A DNA stretch of 64,000 bases. Source: a virus. Taxonomy: Duplodnaviria; Heunggongvirae; Uroviricota; Caudoviricetes. The notes under the pieces were generated by a model that was not told where the DNA came from, did not search any database, and worked only from the letters and a program-made list of their open reading frames with translations. Shown in pieces: positions 23,981 through 33,700 of the stretch; the first letter of the stretch is position 1; the number at the start of each line of letters is the position of its first letter. The DNA lies in the IMG/VR virus record IMGVR_UViG_3300047493_000037, positions 94,713 to 158,712 of that record; one strand, given 5' to 3'. A program made the translations under genes and the position numbers.

Positions 23981-24507
23981 ACTATCTCCTTAGTCTTCTT
24001 AGCCCGAGGCTTCTTCTCTTTAGGTGGACGACCGGCAAAAGCATCCATCAGAGACTTATACATCTTAGGAGTACGAATCTCTGGCTTCACGAACGGAGGC
24101 ATAGCTACTTGCTCCCCACCAAGAAGAGCTTGCTCCATGAGTTCAACCCCAATGCGATCTAAGTCCTTAGACTCCACACGAAGTTGTCTACGCCACGGAA
24201 AAGTCACTTCTGCCCTGCAGTCCCAAGACTTGCCGTAGTGATAACCTTTCATAAGGAAGGTAAAGGGCACTGAAGTATTGGGGAAATACTCAGTGAGCTC
24301 CTTGCGGATCATGGTAGATGCAGCTTTTTCAACGCCGATCTCAGAGACTTGACGACCAAGCTCGTTGAAGAAGTTTAAGATCTCTGCAGTGGGTCTCTTA
24401 GTAACGTCTTGAAGCAGATACATCAAAAACGAATCAAAGCTGTAGCTAAGATTGATTTTTGGCTTCATGCCTCCGTTAAGTGCGTCATCTCCGCCGCTGT
24501 TACTCAT
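23977..24507 (-). CDS. hypothetical protein
   Basis: 176-aa ORF, lysine-rich C-terminus. Confidence 0.55.
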   Translation of the reverse strand: MSNSGGDDALNGGMKPKINLSYSFDSFLMYLLQDVTKRPTAEILNFFNELGRQVSEIGVEKAASTMIRKELTEYFPNTSVPFTFLMKGYHYGKSWDCRAEVTFPWRRQLRVESKDLDRIGVELMEQALLGGEQVAMPPFVKPEIRTPKMYKSLMDAFAGRPPKEKKPRAKKTKEIV

Positions 24508-24734
24508 TAAAAGTCCTCATCCTCTACGTCTTCATCAGAGCCATTGAGCTCAATCTCGTCTTCGAGACCAAGGTCGTCCGGGTCAGAGAGCTCATCAGTT
24601 TCAATCTCAAGGTCAAGAAACGTGTCGAGCTGATTCTTAAGCCATTCAACTTCGTTGTTCTGCAGCGAAGTGAGTGAGATACCAAGGCGATCTTGGACCT
24701 GATTAGCGATATTCTGTGCTTTCTTAAGAGACAT
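24507..24734 (-). CDS. acidic protein
   Basis: 75 aa, Asp/Glu-rich C-terminal half. Confidence 0.45.
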   Translation of the reverse strand: MSLKKAQNIANQVQDRLGISLTSLQNNEVEWLKNQLDTFLDLEIETDELSDPDDLGLEDEIELNGSDEDVEDEDF

Positions 24735-24736
24735 GT

Positions 24737-25174
24737 TTACTCCTTAAATTCTTCCCAGTCTACGGTTTCTACGTCTTTGCAAGGCATGCGCTTGCCGTTC
24801 AAGTCTAGATAAGATCTTTTGGTCCATACTGCAGCAGGAAGGTCGTCAATAATCCACTTTGGCTTAGCCATAACCATATCAACATGGTCAGCAAGTCCAA
24901 GCTTCTTAACAACTTCAGCTGCCCACTGTGGTCCACCCTGAGACCAAACAATGACAAATTGTCCACGAACCTTAAATTGCTTCAACAACTTGATATGCTC
25001 GTGGTGAGGAAGAAGGTTCTCTGAGAACCCAAAATTATCAAACTTGATAGTTTCGCTTTCACGACCGGCTGGTATGTTCCATACCACTAACGTATCGTCT
25101 ACATCAAAGCAGACCATATTCTCGTTATCTATTACTTTCAATGTTCTACTTCCATGCTGTGTTTCAAAAGCCAA
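24737..25174 (-). CDS. HAD-superfamily phosphatase
   Basis: VCFDVDDTLV (HAD motif I DxDxT) near N-terminus; 145 aa. Confidence 0.6.
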   Translation of the reverse strand: MAFETQHGSRTLKVIDNENMVCFDVDDTLVVWNIPAGRESETIKFDNFGFSENLLPHHEHIKLLKQFKVRGQFVIVWSQGGPQWAAEVVKKLGLADHVDMVMAKPKWIIDDLPAAVWTKRSYLDLNGKRMPCKDVETVDWEEFKE

Positions 25175-25431
25175 CTTACTTCCCTTTCTGATCTGTCAAA
25201 GCCGGAACCATTGCAAGCAGGGCAAATATTGGCACCGCAGACCATCCGCTCAAGATCCTCTTTTGAGGCAGTAAGTTGGCCGATTCCTTTACAGGTTAAA
25301 CAAATGCACTTATCAAGTGCATTAGCTACTCTGCTGTGTTTACTCCAGATTGCCATTATCTTACTAGCTTCCCGATGAGAGTGAGTGTAGTGACAATGAT
25401 AGCACCTGCTGCAAAGAGGGCAATCACCCAA
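25138..25431 (-). CDS. DnaJ-type zinc-finger (CxxCxGxG repeats) protein
   Basis: CPLCSRCYHC, CLTCKGIG, CPACNGSG motifs; 97 aa. Confidence 0.45.
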   Translation of the reverse strand: MGDCPLCSRCYHCHYTHSHREASKIMAIWSKHSRVANALDKCICLTCKGIGQLTASKEDLERMVCGANICPACNGSGFDRSEREVSWLLKHSMEVEH

Positions 25432-25453
25432 ACAAGCTCAGTGAAGAACTCTT

Positions 25454-26854
25454 TCATCTGCGCCCCTTGTTGGCTGCGGTATCCGGAATTTGAACTGTAT
25501 CCCCTAAACGTTTCAAAGGATGGTCTTTGGTCCCGCCTTTAGAGATGATGAACAACGTAGTTGGCCACTTCTCACCAGGCTTCATCCAAGACTCCACGGG
25601 AACATCGCCGTAGCATCCGTCGGTAATAACCACGCTGAGATCCGGCTTCTTTTTGAGGATTTCCGCCATCACTGGAGTGAGGTCAGTGCCTCCACTCTGG
25701 ATGTCCTCGCGCTTGATGCGCGTACCAACGCGGTACTCCTCATTCTTGTATAGAGCTGTGTGAAAGAAACCAAGTTTGCACTTGCGTGCACCAACCCTAA
25801 GGAACTGATCCACCACCTCGAGAAACTCGTTAGCTTCCTCGATGGAGATCGACCCAGAAGTATCGATGAAGTTCTGCAACTTAGGCAAATCGCCAACCTT
25901 AGTTCCTGGAGCTTTGTTGCCAAAGCGCTTACTCTTGCGAGTCCAGGTGTTCTTGCGATCGTGACCTGCAGCGTGCTTCTTCATAGCCAAGAGCAAGAGA
26001 GCTTTGTAGTTCAGCTCTGCACGGCGAGACTTGATATCCTCAAGAAGCTCCTTGACAGAGTCAGGCAAGCTCGAGTAGTCAAGGCGAGCCTTAACCATGG
26101 CGCGCTTGACAAGCTCCTCGGTGGCATCGAGCATCTCGCCTTCTTCAGCAGCTCCATCCCACATGTGCTCGTCGAGAGTCTGAGGCAAATCGCCTGTGTC
26201 AGCTCCACCACCGGCATTGCCTTCTCCATCGCCTTCACACTCGTCATCTTTGTCAGGGTCGTCAAAGCGCTGAAGCAACTTCTCGTAATAATATTCCATG
26301 GTTTTGTTCTTGTCCCAAGGAATCTGCTTCTGAGTCTTAACGTCGATGTCAAAATAGTCTTCGACAAAGATGCCGCGACCTGGACACATGTCATTCTCAC
26401 AAGGCTTGCGCTCCTCAGGCTTAGGGCACTGAGTGCAACCTTTTGGCAAGTTCTTGATGTACTGATTGATCGCCATGTCTGCTGCAACGTTCATCAGCAT
26501 GCGCTTGCGAGCGGAGATCTTGAGGAAGGGAACACGGAGTGGATGTTTGTGAGTAATGTGGCTCAACTCATGGAGTAAGACCGCTTTCTGCTCAAGAAGA
26601 TTGAGCTTCTTGCAGAAGAAATATGGGTTGATGATCATGTCCCAGCGCTTTGCATCAGTGTTAAACATGATGCCTGCAGTTGGGATGACGTGCCCATAGC
26701 TGATCGTGAGGCACTGAAGAACAGAACCAAGGAATGGGTGAGTCTTGGAACACTCGTAGATGGCCGAAGCCAACGCACGCGTCTTCAACTCAACCGAAAC
26801 TTGCTCGTGATCCAACAACTCTTTAGTAATCTTTGGACGAACGCGTGATGACAT
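25454..26854 (-). CDS. VWA-domain protein with N-terminal putative HExxH metallopeptidase domain (CobT-like / MoxR partner)
   Basis: LLHELSHITHKH (HExxH) N-terminal; C-terminal MIDAS DTSGSIS...T...D; 466 aa; lies next to MoxR ATPase gene. Confidence 0.75.
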   Translation of the reverse strand: MSSRVRPKITKELLDHEQVSVELKTRALASAIYECSKTHPFLGSVLQCLTISYGHVIPTAGIMFNTDAKRWDMIINPYFFCKKLNLLEQKAVLLHELSHITHKHPLRVPFLKISARKRMLMNVAADMAINQYIKNLPKGCTQCPKPEERKPCENDMCPGRGIFVEDYFDIDVKTQKQIPWDKNKTMEYYYEKLLQRFDDPDKDDECEGDGEGNAGGGADTGDLPQTLDEHMWDGAAEEGEMLDATEELVKRAMVKARLDYSSLPDSVKELLEDIKSRRAELNYKALLLLAMKKHAAGHDRKNTWTRKSKRFGNKAPGTKVGDLPKLQNFIDTSGSISIEEANEFLEVVDQFLRVGARKCKLGFFHTALYKNEEYRVGTRIKREDIQSGGTDLTPVMAEILKKKPDLSVVITDGCYGDVPVESWMKPGEKWPTTLFIISKGGTKDHPLKRLGDTVQIPDTAANKGRR

Positions 26855-27210
26855 TAATTATCTCCCTGGGCTTCTATAGTTTCGGAATCGATGTTAAATA
26901 ACGTAACTTCTACAAACCAAGTTTCTAGCTTGGCAATAAATTCGTCAATTTCTGGGCCTTGCATGCCGTGAAAGAAGTCGCCCCAATCGCCACGACTGTA
27001 TCTTACTTCTTTAAATTGCAGCCTTTTTATACCACAGTCTTCGTGTATTCGCCAGATGCGCTCTTTGCTTTGCAGTTGATCTTGCGACGAGCCATCAAAT
27101 GTGTACGTGCAGTCCTCATTAAATCGAATTGAGGTCCTCATGTTATCTTCAAGAATTATACTTCTCATGGAATATCCGTCGTTGTACCAAATTGAAAAGA
27201 GCCTAAGCAC
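26854..27210 (-). CDS. hypothetical protein
   Basis: 118-aa ORF (start may be internal ATG at 27166-27168). Confidence 0.45.
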   Translation of the reverse strand: MLRLFSIWYNDGYSMRSIILEDNMRTSIRFNEDCTYTFDGSSQDQLQSKERIWRIHEDCGIKRLQFKEVRYSRGDWGDFFHGMQGPEIDEFIAKLETWFVEVTLFNIDSETIEAQGDN

Positions 27211-27386
27211 TTCTCACAGGTTACATCTCTAAAGTTGTTAGAGCCGTCGTCACCCCGATCAGCGCACAGGTAGATGTTCTCGTCCCATCTCCTATAGAAG
27301 TGAACTGGCTTTACTTTCTCGCTGCTGAATAATCTAAGTAGTTTTTTGATCACAGAATAAAAAGACCGGGAGCAGTGGAGGAACAT
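27165..27386 (-). CDS. doubtful small ORF (5' end overlaps terminator hairpin)
   Basis: 73-aa ORF whose first 8 codons span the 27363-27401 hairpin + T-tract. Confidence 0.2.
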   Translation of the reverse strand: MFLHCSRSFYSVIKKLLRLFSSEKVKPVHFYRRWDENIYLCADRGDDGSNNFRDVTCEKCLGSFQFGTTTDIP

Positions 27387-27401
27387 CCGCTCCCGGTCAA
27401 C
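27363..27401 (-). terminator. rho-independent terminator after MoxR ATPase gene
   Basis: Minus-strand GACCGGGAGC-ggatgttcctccact-GCTCCCGGTC (10-bp GC-rich stem) followed by TTTTTATT. Confidence 0.7.
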
Positions 27402-27407
27402 TTGGGC

Positions 27408-28547
27408 TTACTTACCAGCTTTCCCTGCGTCCACTGCCCTCGACAACTTCAGGTTTGCCTTGAGCACATCGATGAGCTCAGGATGGCGCTTGCAGAAGTC
27501 GTTGAAGAAGTCACTCATGCGACCTTTCGTCTGCTTGAAACCGCACTGCTTGATGAGGTTAACTGCGTAATCGGCGGGGATGATCTTGGCAACTTCTGCC
27601 ATCGTATCCTCGTCGATTTGGTCAGTCTTGCAGTCTTTCTTTGCTCCGCCGTACGCCTTCGTGATGCTCTCGACCGTAGCCGCAAGCATGTCGCCCTTGT
27701 ACGTATCAGGGTGAGAGTGTTCCTTCAGCTTAGCCAAAGCAGCACCCTTGTCTTTCAAGATCTCGGTTGCCGTGACTGGAGCTTGGTCATAGCAATACTT
27801 ATGGTACTCGTTACCGATGTCTTTGCCGAGGATCGCGCCAACCACGATGCGATGGAGTTGGCGATTCTTGCGAACACCAGCTTTTTCAGCAGCTTGGACT
27901 TTGGACCAGGTACGAGGCGAGATGTACTTGCCGCCCTGACCAAGTTCCTTGGTGGTTTTGTAGATCCAGATTGCGTCTCCGACGAAGCGCTGGACGCTTT
28001 CGTTCCAGTTGTTGTTGTCCATGAACTCCATGAACGTCAACGGATCATAGTCGATCTCGTACTCTTCGAAGCGATCCTTGAGAGCAGCGTCCATGGTGTT
28101 AACGTCATACTCAGACGAATCAGGGTTGATGCAACCAGCAATCAACCAGCCGGGAGGAAGAGTGTAGTTGTGGATCTTGCGATCGGTGAGAACCTGCATG
28201 AGGCAGTTCATGACGCCGGTCGTGCCACGATTTGGCTCTTCGAGAAGGATCAAGCCTTCGCCTTCGGTTGGCCAGAACTCAGGGAGACGATGGCAGGTAC
28301 GAACCACGCCATTTGCGTCTTTAGCAGTTTCTGGGAAGCCAATGAGATCGGGAGCTTCCATGTAGGCGATGCGAAGATCAACGAAGCCGAAGTTCGGATT
28401 GCGTTCTTTCTGCTTCTTAACCCACTGCTGACAGATTTGGCTCTTGCCAAGACCTGCTTCGCCAGTGAACAAAGGATTCATCACTTCGTCCGCCTTTCGT
28501 GCTGCAAGTGCGGTATCCATGATAGTCATGATATGGGACGGTTTCAT
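27408..28547 (-). CDS. MoxR-family AAA+ ATPase (CobS/CbbQ/NorQ-like)
   Basis: Walker A GEAGLGKS, Walker B LILLEEPNR; 379 aa. Confidence 0.85.
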   Translation of the reverse strand: MKPSHIMTIMDTALAARKADEVMNPLFTGEAGLGKSQICQQWVKKQKERNPNFGFVDLRIAYMEAPDLIGFPETAKDANGVVRTCHRLPEFWPTEGEGLILLEEPNRGTTGVMNCLMQVLTDRKIHNYTLPPGWLIAGCINPDSSEYDVNTMDAALKDRFEEYEIDYDPLTFMEFMDNNNWNESVQRFVGDAIWIYKTTKELGQGGKYISPRTWSKVQAAEKAGVRKNRQLHRIVVGAILGKDIGNEYHKYCYDQAPVTATEILKDKGAALAKLKEHSHPDTYKGDMLAATVESITKAYGGAKKDCKTDQIDEDTMAEVAKIIPADYAVNLIKQCGFKQTKGRMSDFFNDFCKRHPELIDVLKANLKLSRAVDAGKAGK

Positions 28548-28596
28548 TACATTTCCTCCAAGTTATGGTTCGATACAACTAACAATAGTTTCAGAA

Positions 28597-28920
28597 TTAA
28601 TGAACTTCACGCGAGGTGGGTTCACCAATTTCTGCCACAGTTTTGAACTTCTCGTAAAGCAGCGCAGAGAGCTGCGAACGAGCAAGGTAGGCTTCTGCGG
28701 TGACAAGGTCACCATCTTTCTCACAGTTTCGAGACATCTTGTCGAAGATCTCAACGGAGAAAGCTAAAATCTGAATAGCTGATAGGATCTCGTCGGTGCG
28801 AAGCTCCATCGAGAAACTACCTTCCTGGATAGGCGGCTTCGGATCAAAGGACGCAAGCTTGGCTACTGTAATCTCACTCTGAATCTTCTTCGTCTTCTTC
28901 GTTTTCTTCTTTGTTGGCAC
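28597..28920 (-). CDS. hypothetical protein
   Basis: 107 aa, basic N-terminus (KKKTKKTKK). Confidence 0.5.
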   Translation of the reverse strand: MPTKKKTKKTKKIQSEITVAKLASFDPKPPIQEGSFSMELRTDEILSAIQILAFSVEIFDKMSRNCEKDGDLVTAEAYLARSQLSALLYEKFKTVAEIGEPTSREVH

Positions 28921-29215
28921 TGATCACCTCATCTACATATTTTTTTCTCAACGCTTCAGGTAATGCTGACAAATCAATAGTTGGTGCGGCTTTCTTGGCC
29001 TTCTTAACTTTCGCTTCTCCGTGGTAGAGATCAGCTTCATCCATGGTGATAATGGTTGCTGCACCACCTCCACCGCTCACAGTTGACTTAACATAGTCAC
29101 TCTTACCGTGAGCGTTAGCAGGCACAACTGTGACCTTACCGCCTTTTGCTAGGAATTCTTCAATGGTTTGAGTCTTTAACAATGTATGTTCTCCAGACAA
29201 AGCGTCGCCAATCAT
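28874..29215 (-). CDS. hypothetical protein, small family C (EF-x-AKGGK N-motif, IDLSALPEAL C-motif)
   Basis: 113 aa; EEFLAKGGKVTVVP and TIDLSALPEALRKKY shared with 59520..59717; acidic tail. Confidence 0.5.
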   Translation of the reverse strand: MIGDALSGEHTLLKTQTIEEFLAKGGKVTVVPANAHGKSDYVKSTVSGGGGAATIITMDEADLYHGEAKVKKAKKAAPTIDLSALPEALRKKYVDEVISANKEENEEDEEDSE

Positions 29216-29351
29216 TGGTCAAATTTAATCTAAACAGCAATTTGAACAAGTTGTCTTGTCCCTGTCGTTTCAGAAATTGCAACTCTTCGGATGGAATTTT
29301 GACAATCTTTCCACCACGAGCTATGAACTCGTGAATTGATTCATTTCTCAC
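29160..29351 (-). CDS. family C N-motif fragment (possible frameshifted extra copy)
   Basis: Begins MRNESIHEFIARGGKIVKIP, then overlaps 28874..29215 out of frame. Confidence 0.3.
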   Translation of the reverse strand: MRNESIHEFIARGGKIVKIPSEELQFLKRQGQDNLFKLLFRLNLTNDWRRFVWRTYIVKDSNH

Positions 29352-29370
29352 AATGAAATATAGATTCGGA

Positions 29371-29841
29371 TTACTTGTCTAGAAGGTGGGTGTCGAGCGT
29401 GTCTGGAAAGACAGAGGAGAGCTTGTTAAGGTAGGTGAGATTTTCTTTGCGCTTATCTCTAGCTACAATTAGGTCCCTAAGCTTGAGGAACTTCCTGTAG
29501 TTGCCTCTCCACTTCTCAAAGGAGCGCTTGGAAACCATTATGCAATCTGGAACTTGTCCACTTAAACTAGTTAAGTCAGCTCTAGCGTTGAGAAATAGGT
29601 AACAGGTGAGTTCATTTAGGTTATGGTTAAAAGAGACCACGACGGCGTGGTTATTGTTGGGATCCTGCACTGTGGCAGAGGTGATATCGCCTAGTTGGAC
29701 CTTAGGTTGCCAAAATATGGTTGGACTCATGCTACTGTTGACTTTTCTAGTCTCATCGTAGTACTCAAACGACTCAGGACTACTGGCGAAGTGGTCGATG
29801 AGCTTTTGTATGGTGATTGCTACTAGAGCGTGCTTATCCAT
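29371..29841 (-). CDS. hypothetical protein
   Basis: 156-aa ORF. Confidence 0.55.
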   Translation of the reverse strand: MDKHALVAITIQKLIDHFASSPESFEYYDETRKVNSSMSPTIFWQPKVQLGDITSATVQDPNNNHAVVVSFNHNLNELTCYLFLNARADLTSLSGQVPDCIMVSKRSFEKWRGNYRKFLKLRDLIVARDKRKENLTYLNKLSSVFPDTLDTHLLDK

Positions 29842-29894
29842 GGCTTCCTAACAGGTATAATGAAGACGTACCCTAATATTGTACCTTAAGGAAC

Positions 29895-30722
29895 ATGATG
29901 GCTGAAAAGAGCGAATTAACAGATAGCCTAATTTATGGCATCGACTTAAAGGCCCGCCGTATCTACTTTGGTGCAGCTGGTGACGTCTCAGAGGACACAC
30001 CAGGGGACTTTACCCAAGCCTCTGTTGAGCTTGCTATCAGGTCAATGCACAAGATGGCCTTAGAAGCACCAGGGAAGCCTATAGAGATACATATGAATAG
30101 CTACGGCGGCGATCCATATGCCATGCTTAGATTGCATGATGAGATCCTGAGTTGCCCATGTCAGGTTAAGTTCTTTGGGGGTGGCGCTATCATGTCTGCT
30201 GCTACCTGGATTATGGTGGCATGCGATGAGCGATACCTATATCCTCATGCCACTGTTATGGTCCATGATGGCTCAGAGGGCTACGAAGGCAAGCACACAG
30301 ACGTTCAAATTAACGCAGCAGAGAACAGACGCTTGCAGGACTTGCTTTACGACATATATACTAGCAACACTAGGATGCCTAAAGAATTCTGGCAAGATGT
30401 ATGTCAGCGCGATTTATACTTAACTGCTGGCGAAGCAGTGTCACTTGGCATGGCTGATAAGGTAGTTGAACCTAGGAAACGCGGCAACCTAAGAAAGGCT
30501 AGGCAAGCTGCTCTCAAGAAGGCTCCAGATGTCGACATGCGTGCGCTCATCACTGATATATATACTAGGTTGAACAAGGTGAAAGTGCCAAAGCTCGAAC
30601 TTAATCCTATCGCCAAAGAACCGGTTGATCCTCAGCTGGTCGTTGACGATCGTCCACTAGAAAATGAAAAAGCTCCACAACCAGCGGTTGCAGAGCCTCT
30701 CAAGAATACTCCTAACACTTAA
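29895..30722 (+). CDS. ClpP-family (S14) serine protease-like protein with C-terminal extension
   Basis: IEIHMNSYGGDPYAML (cf. IYLYINSPGG), Ser in GGAIMSAAT, His in MVHDGSEGYEG, Asp in CQRD region; 275 aa, plus strand. Confidence 0.7.
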   Translation: MMAEKSELTDSLIYGIDLKARRIYFGAAGDVSEDTPGDFTQASVELAIRSMHKMALEAPGKPIEIHMNSYGGDPYAMLRLHDEILSCPCQVKFFGGGAIMSAATWIMVACDERYLYPHATVMVHDGSEGYEGKHTDVQINAAENRRLQDLLYDIYTSNTRMPKEFWQDVCQRDLYLTAGEAVSLGMADKVVEPRKRGNLRKARQAALKKAPDVDMRALITDIYTRLNKVKVPKLELNPIAKEPVDPQLVVDDRPLENEKAPQPAVAEPLKNTPNT

Positions 30723-31144
30723 TTGCAAGACCCGTCGTTGTCGTCTGTCTTATCGACGTCGATGGTGCTATACACTACGTCGTGAAAGCAAGTGTAGGCT
30801 TTTCCATCTTTGCATCTCCAAAAACTAGCACCACATGGATCATTTTGAGAGCACTTACAGATTGTGTTATGGAACACGTAGTTTGTAACCTTCTCAGGTT
30901 CGGGTGATGCTTCTGGCACTGGTGGATTCTCAACGGCTTGCTGCTCTTCATGAGCTTTCTGCATAGCCTGCTCAGCTTCCTGTTCTTTCTTTTCTTGAGC
31001 TTCTCGAGCCTCTTCCTTCTCGATTCGTTGCTGCCTTGCAACTCGAGCCTCTTGCTCTTTGTCAGTGCAACCACCAAAACCGCCCAAGGCACCAATCAGC
31101 CCAACAACAATAACGCTATTAAGGAGTAGGAGGCGTAGAGTCAT
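30719..31144 (-). CDS. secreted/membrane-anchored protein with coiled coil and Cys-rich C-terminus
   Basis: Start at ATG 31142-31144 (MTLRLLLL signal-like), Glu/Lys-rich middle, C-terminal Cys cluster. Confidence 0.5.
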   Translation of the reverse strand: MTLRLLLLNSVIVVGLIGALGGFGGCTDKEQEARVARQQRIEKEEAREAQEKKEQEAEQAMQKAHEEQQAVENPPVPEASPEPEKVTNYVFHNTICKCSQNDPCGASFWRCKDGKAYTCFHDVVYSTIDVDKTDDNDGSCN

Positions 31145-31366
31145 CTTTGTTATCCTTGCTGGGTGGAGTGGTGAGCAACTGACGAGCAACACCAAACAAA
31201 AGAAAAGCTCCGGCCAAGACGAAAACTGCTAGCGCGATATCGAGTAATGCAGGCATAGTATCTCCTTTTAAAATGTGCCCCTGTGGACTTTAACCACTCC
31301 GTCCGCGAGGCCCACAGACTTTTACCCGGACTAGAGGCGCGACCTCGGTTGGGATAAAAACTTCAC

Positions 31367-32568
31367 TTACTTAGAGTCACCATGAGAAAGCTTCTCATTG
31401 ATGCGCATCAGGCTTTCAAGACCAACGGCTTCGAACGGATCAGCAGTTTTGCCGCCCGCACTTCCGCCAGTGACCATCATGGTTGGCAGGGTAATGCTAG
31501 CGAGCTCGTGAGCGACGCCAATAGCAGTTTCCTTGGCAATGGTGGCCTTCTCAAGAGGAGTCAAGCCTGCAGCAACCTTGAGGCGATTGACGTCGGCCAG
31601 GGCTTTACCAGCCGTGACTTCCGCAATGGCATCCTGCTCAGCTTGCTTGCGCTTGAGCTGGGAGACCTCGAACTCCTTCTCAGCGATCGTCACTTCTTTG
31701 ATCTTCTGCACGTCTTGCTCAGCCTTCTCGATTGCGATCTTGGCATTGCCTTGCTCGCGAGCAGTGATGGCATCTTGCTTCGCTTTTTCAGCGTTAGCAC
31801 GAGCCACAACCTTCATCTGCTCAGCTTCCTTCTTCTTCTGAATGAGTGCTTCGATGGTAGGATCGAAGTCCAATTCCTTGATGGTGAAGGAGACAACTTC
31901 AATGCCGTACTGGGTCAAAGGAGAAGTCTTGCGAATGATAGGTTGACCCTTGTCATCGCGCTTCACAAACACTTCGTGATCAATGAGCTCATTGCCGTCA
32001 GCATCCTTGGACTTGATCTCACGAGCGGTGACATCGTAGATGCCGTTCTTGATCTGGTCTTCCACGAGTGACGTGAACTCTGAGCGTCGAGTCGAATAAG
32101 ACTCTTCAGCTTTCATGAGAGTGGCAGTTTGCATCATCGCTTCTGCGACAGTTTGGCGGATAAGGTCGTGTTTCAAGGCTTCGTAGGATTTGAAGTCTTG
32201 GTGAACCTTGAGCCGTTTGACTCCATCAACAGGGAGTCGATACTTGATAGCGCCGCTGATATCAGCAGTACCACCGTCGTTGAACCTAACGTGAATCGGA
32301 TCAGACTCAGCACCATCGCCACCGTCGAGCTTCGACTTGGAGAAGTAATGCATGTCAGAGATCTGATACGTAGTGACGTCTGCGAACAGACGAGCGTACG
32401 AACCAGGTTGGTCAATGACAGTCATGTTACCGGTCACTGCGGCTTGCTTGATCTGATAGAAGCCGGCGTTATTAGTGCCGACCAAGCTTCGGCCAACGCC
32501 GACGAGCAAGAAGAGACCTACCACACCTGCAACGAGGAGGGATAGGAGTTTCACTTTACGAAAATCCA
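31367..32568 (-). CDS. SPFH/band-7 (flotillin/YqiK)-like membrane protein
   Basis: N-terminal TM after ATG 32566-32568 (AAAGGAAA SD), globular domain then ~120-aa Ala/Glu/Lys coiled coil typical of flotillin-like proteins. Confidence 0.5.
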
Positions 32569-32701
32569 TATTGTTTCCTTTCGGGGAACTGGGATTAAGA
32601 CGTTGACTGACTGCTGCCATTTTTACACACCTCTAATACTAAAATGCCCACCACAGAATATATCTGTGATAGGCATCATTAGTTTCGGAATTTTATTTAG
32701 A

Positions 32702-33040
32702 TTACAGAGTCTCTTCCCAGTCAGGGCCATGCTTCTTGCGAAGCTTCAAGGCCTTGATGACGCGAGTGCGTGGATGTCTGCCGAGCTTGCGATTATAGAA
32801 GTTCTTCTTGTTATTTGCATCGTTGATGTCGACAATGTTACCGATGAAGCCAACAAGTGCCTCTTCTCGAGCAGGACTAGCAGGATTGCCGATCTCGTCA
32901 TAAGCTCCTGCCCAACCAACAGCGCAGTATTTCTGCTTGCCGTCCTTGCCAATATATGCGGCTTGACCACAAACCCACTCACTTGGCTTAGTGTTCTCGA
33001 AGAAGTTAATAAAATAGTTTAGAGTATATCCCTTGTGCAT
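32702..33040 (-). CDS. hypothetical protein
   Basis: 112-aa ORF. Confidence 0.5.
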   Translation of the reverse strand: MHKGYTLNYFINFFENTKPSEWVCGQAAYIGKDGKQKYCAVGWAGAYDEIGNPASPAREEALVGFIGNIVDINDANNKKNFYNRKLGRHPRTRVIKALKLRKKHGPDWEETL

Positions 33041-33263
33041 CTGGTTTTCCTTAATTTGTTTGTGTTCGAATTGAACTTGACGAGAGGATTATACGAAATG
33101 AATATTTTTAGGGTTTGGAATAGGTTGGCAACTGTTTCTCTTTATATTGAGTCATGATGCCAACCCCTATCTAACCCGTATCATAAGTAGAAACTCGCTA
33201 TCAAGATAGCTTTGGCAAGTCTCTATCCATGTTTATAAGTATATGCAGCCGCAAACATGGAAA

Positions 33264-33503
33264 CTATCCGGCTACATTGGTCAAGCTCATAAAGGATTTC
33301 TCCGTGAGCTTGATAAGTTTCTTGTATTTTCTTTTTGCTTGCTTTACAGCGTACTTGTAATCCCTGTAGTTGCCAACAGGTTCATTGTTGTGAATATTAA
33401 TCACATCATAGCTGAGATGAAACACAGAGCCAAGATCACCATCGTAGGTGTATGTTTCTTTCTGTCTTACTTCAAATAATGTTTTCCAAGCAACATCAGT
33501 CAT
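33264..33503 (-). CDS. hypothetical protein
   Basis: 79-aa ORF. Confidence 0.45.
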   Translation of the reverse strand: MTDVAWKTLFEVRQKETYTYDGDLGSVFHLSYDVINIHNNEPVGNYRDYKYAVKQAKRKYKKLIKLTEKSFMSLTNVAG

Positions 33504-33621
33504 ATTTGGTCCCGCTGATCGATTCGGACGATCTCGCTACGGATAGCTTCCATGTGGTACGAGCACCTTTCAGGCCTTAGTCGACGTATCTCCATACTCG
33601 TCTCGCACCGCGGGTAATAAA

Positions 33622-33698
33622 TTTGGTCCACCACCCAGGAATCGAACCTGGGTCAAAGGCTTATAAGACCCCTTGGAGCAACCAGCCCCGACCATGGT
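33622..33698 (-). tRNA. isolated tRNA, tentative anticodon UAU (Ile, AUA-reading)
   Basis: Acceptor CCACCAU/GUGGUGG, T-arm CCAGG-UUCGAUU-CCUGG, CCA encoded, loop CUUAUAA; TGTATAAT -10 immediately upstream (33708-33713 complement). Confidence 0.45.
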
Positions 33699-33700
33699 GG

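Noticed and set aside
25760-28646. Long plus-strand ORFs (25760..26578, 272 aa; 27375..28646, 423 aa) and similar ones at 31382..32071, 37115..37741, 45477..45992, 60937..61560
   Set aside because: They lie antisense to minus-strand genes with clear conserved-domain matches (VWA, MoxR, SPFH-like, NAMPT, ligase, PA14 lipoprotein) and have low-complexity Arg/Leu/Ser-rich translations, so they are shadow ORFs.
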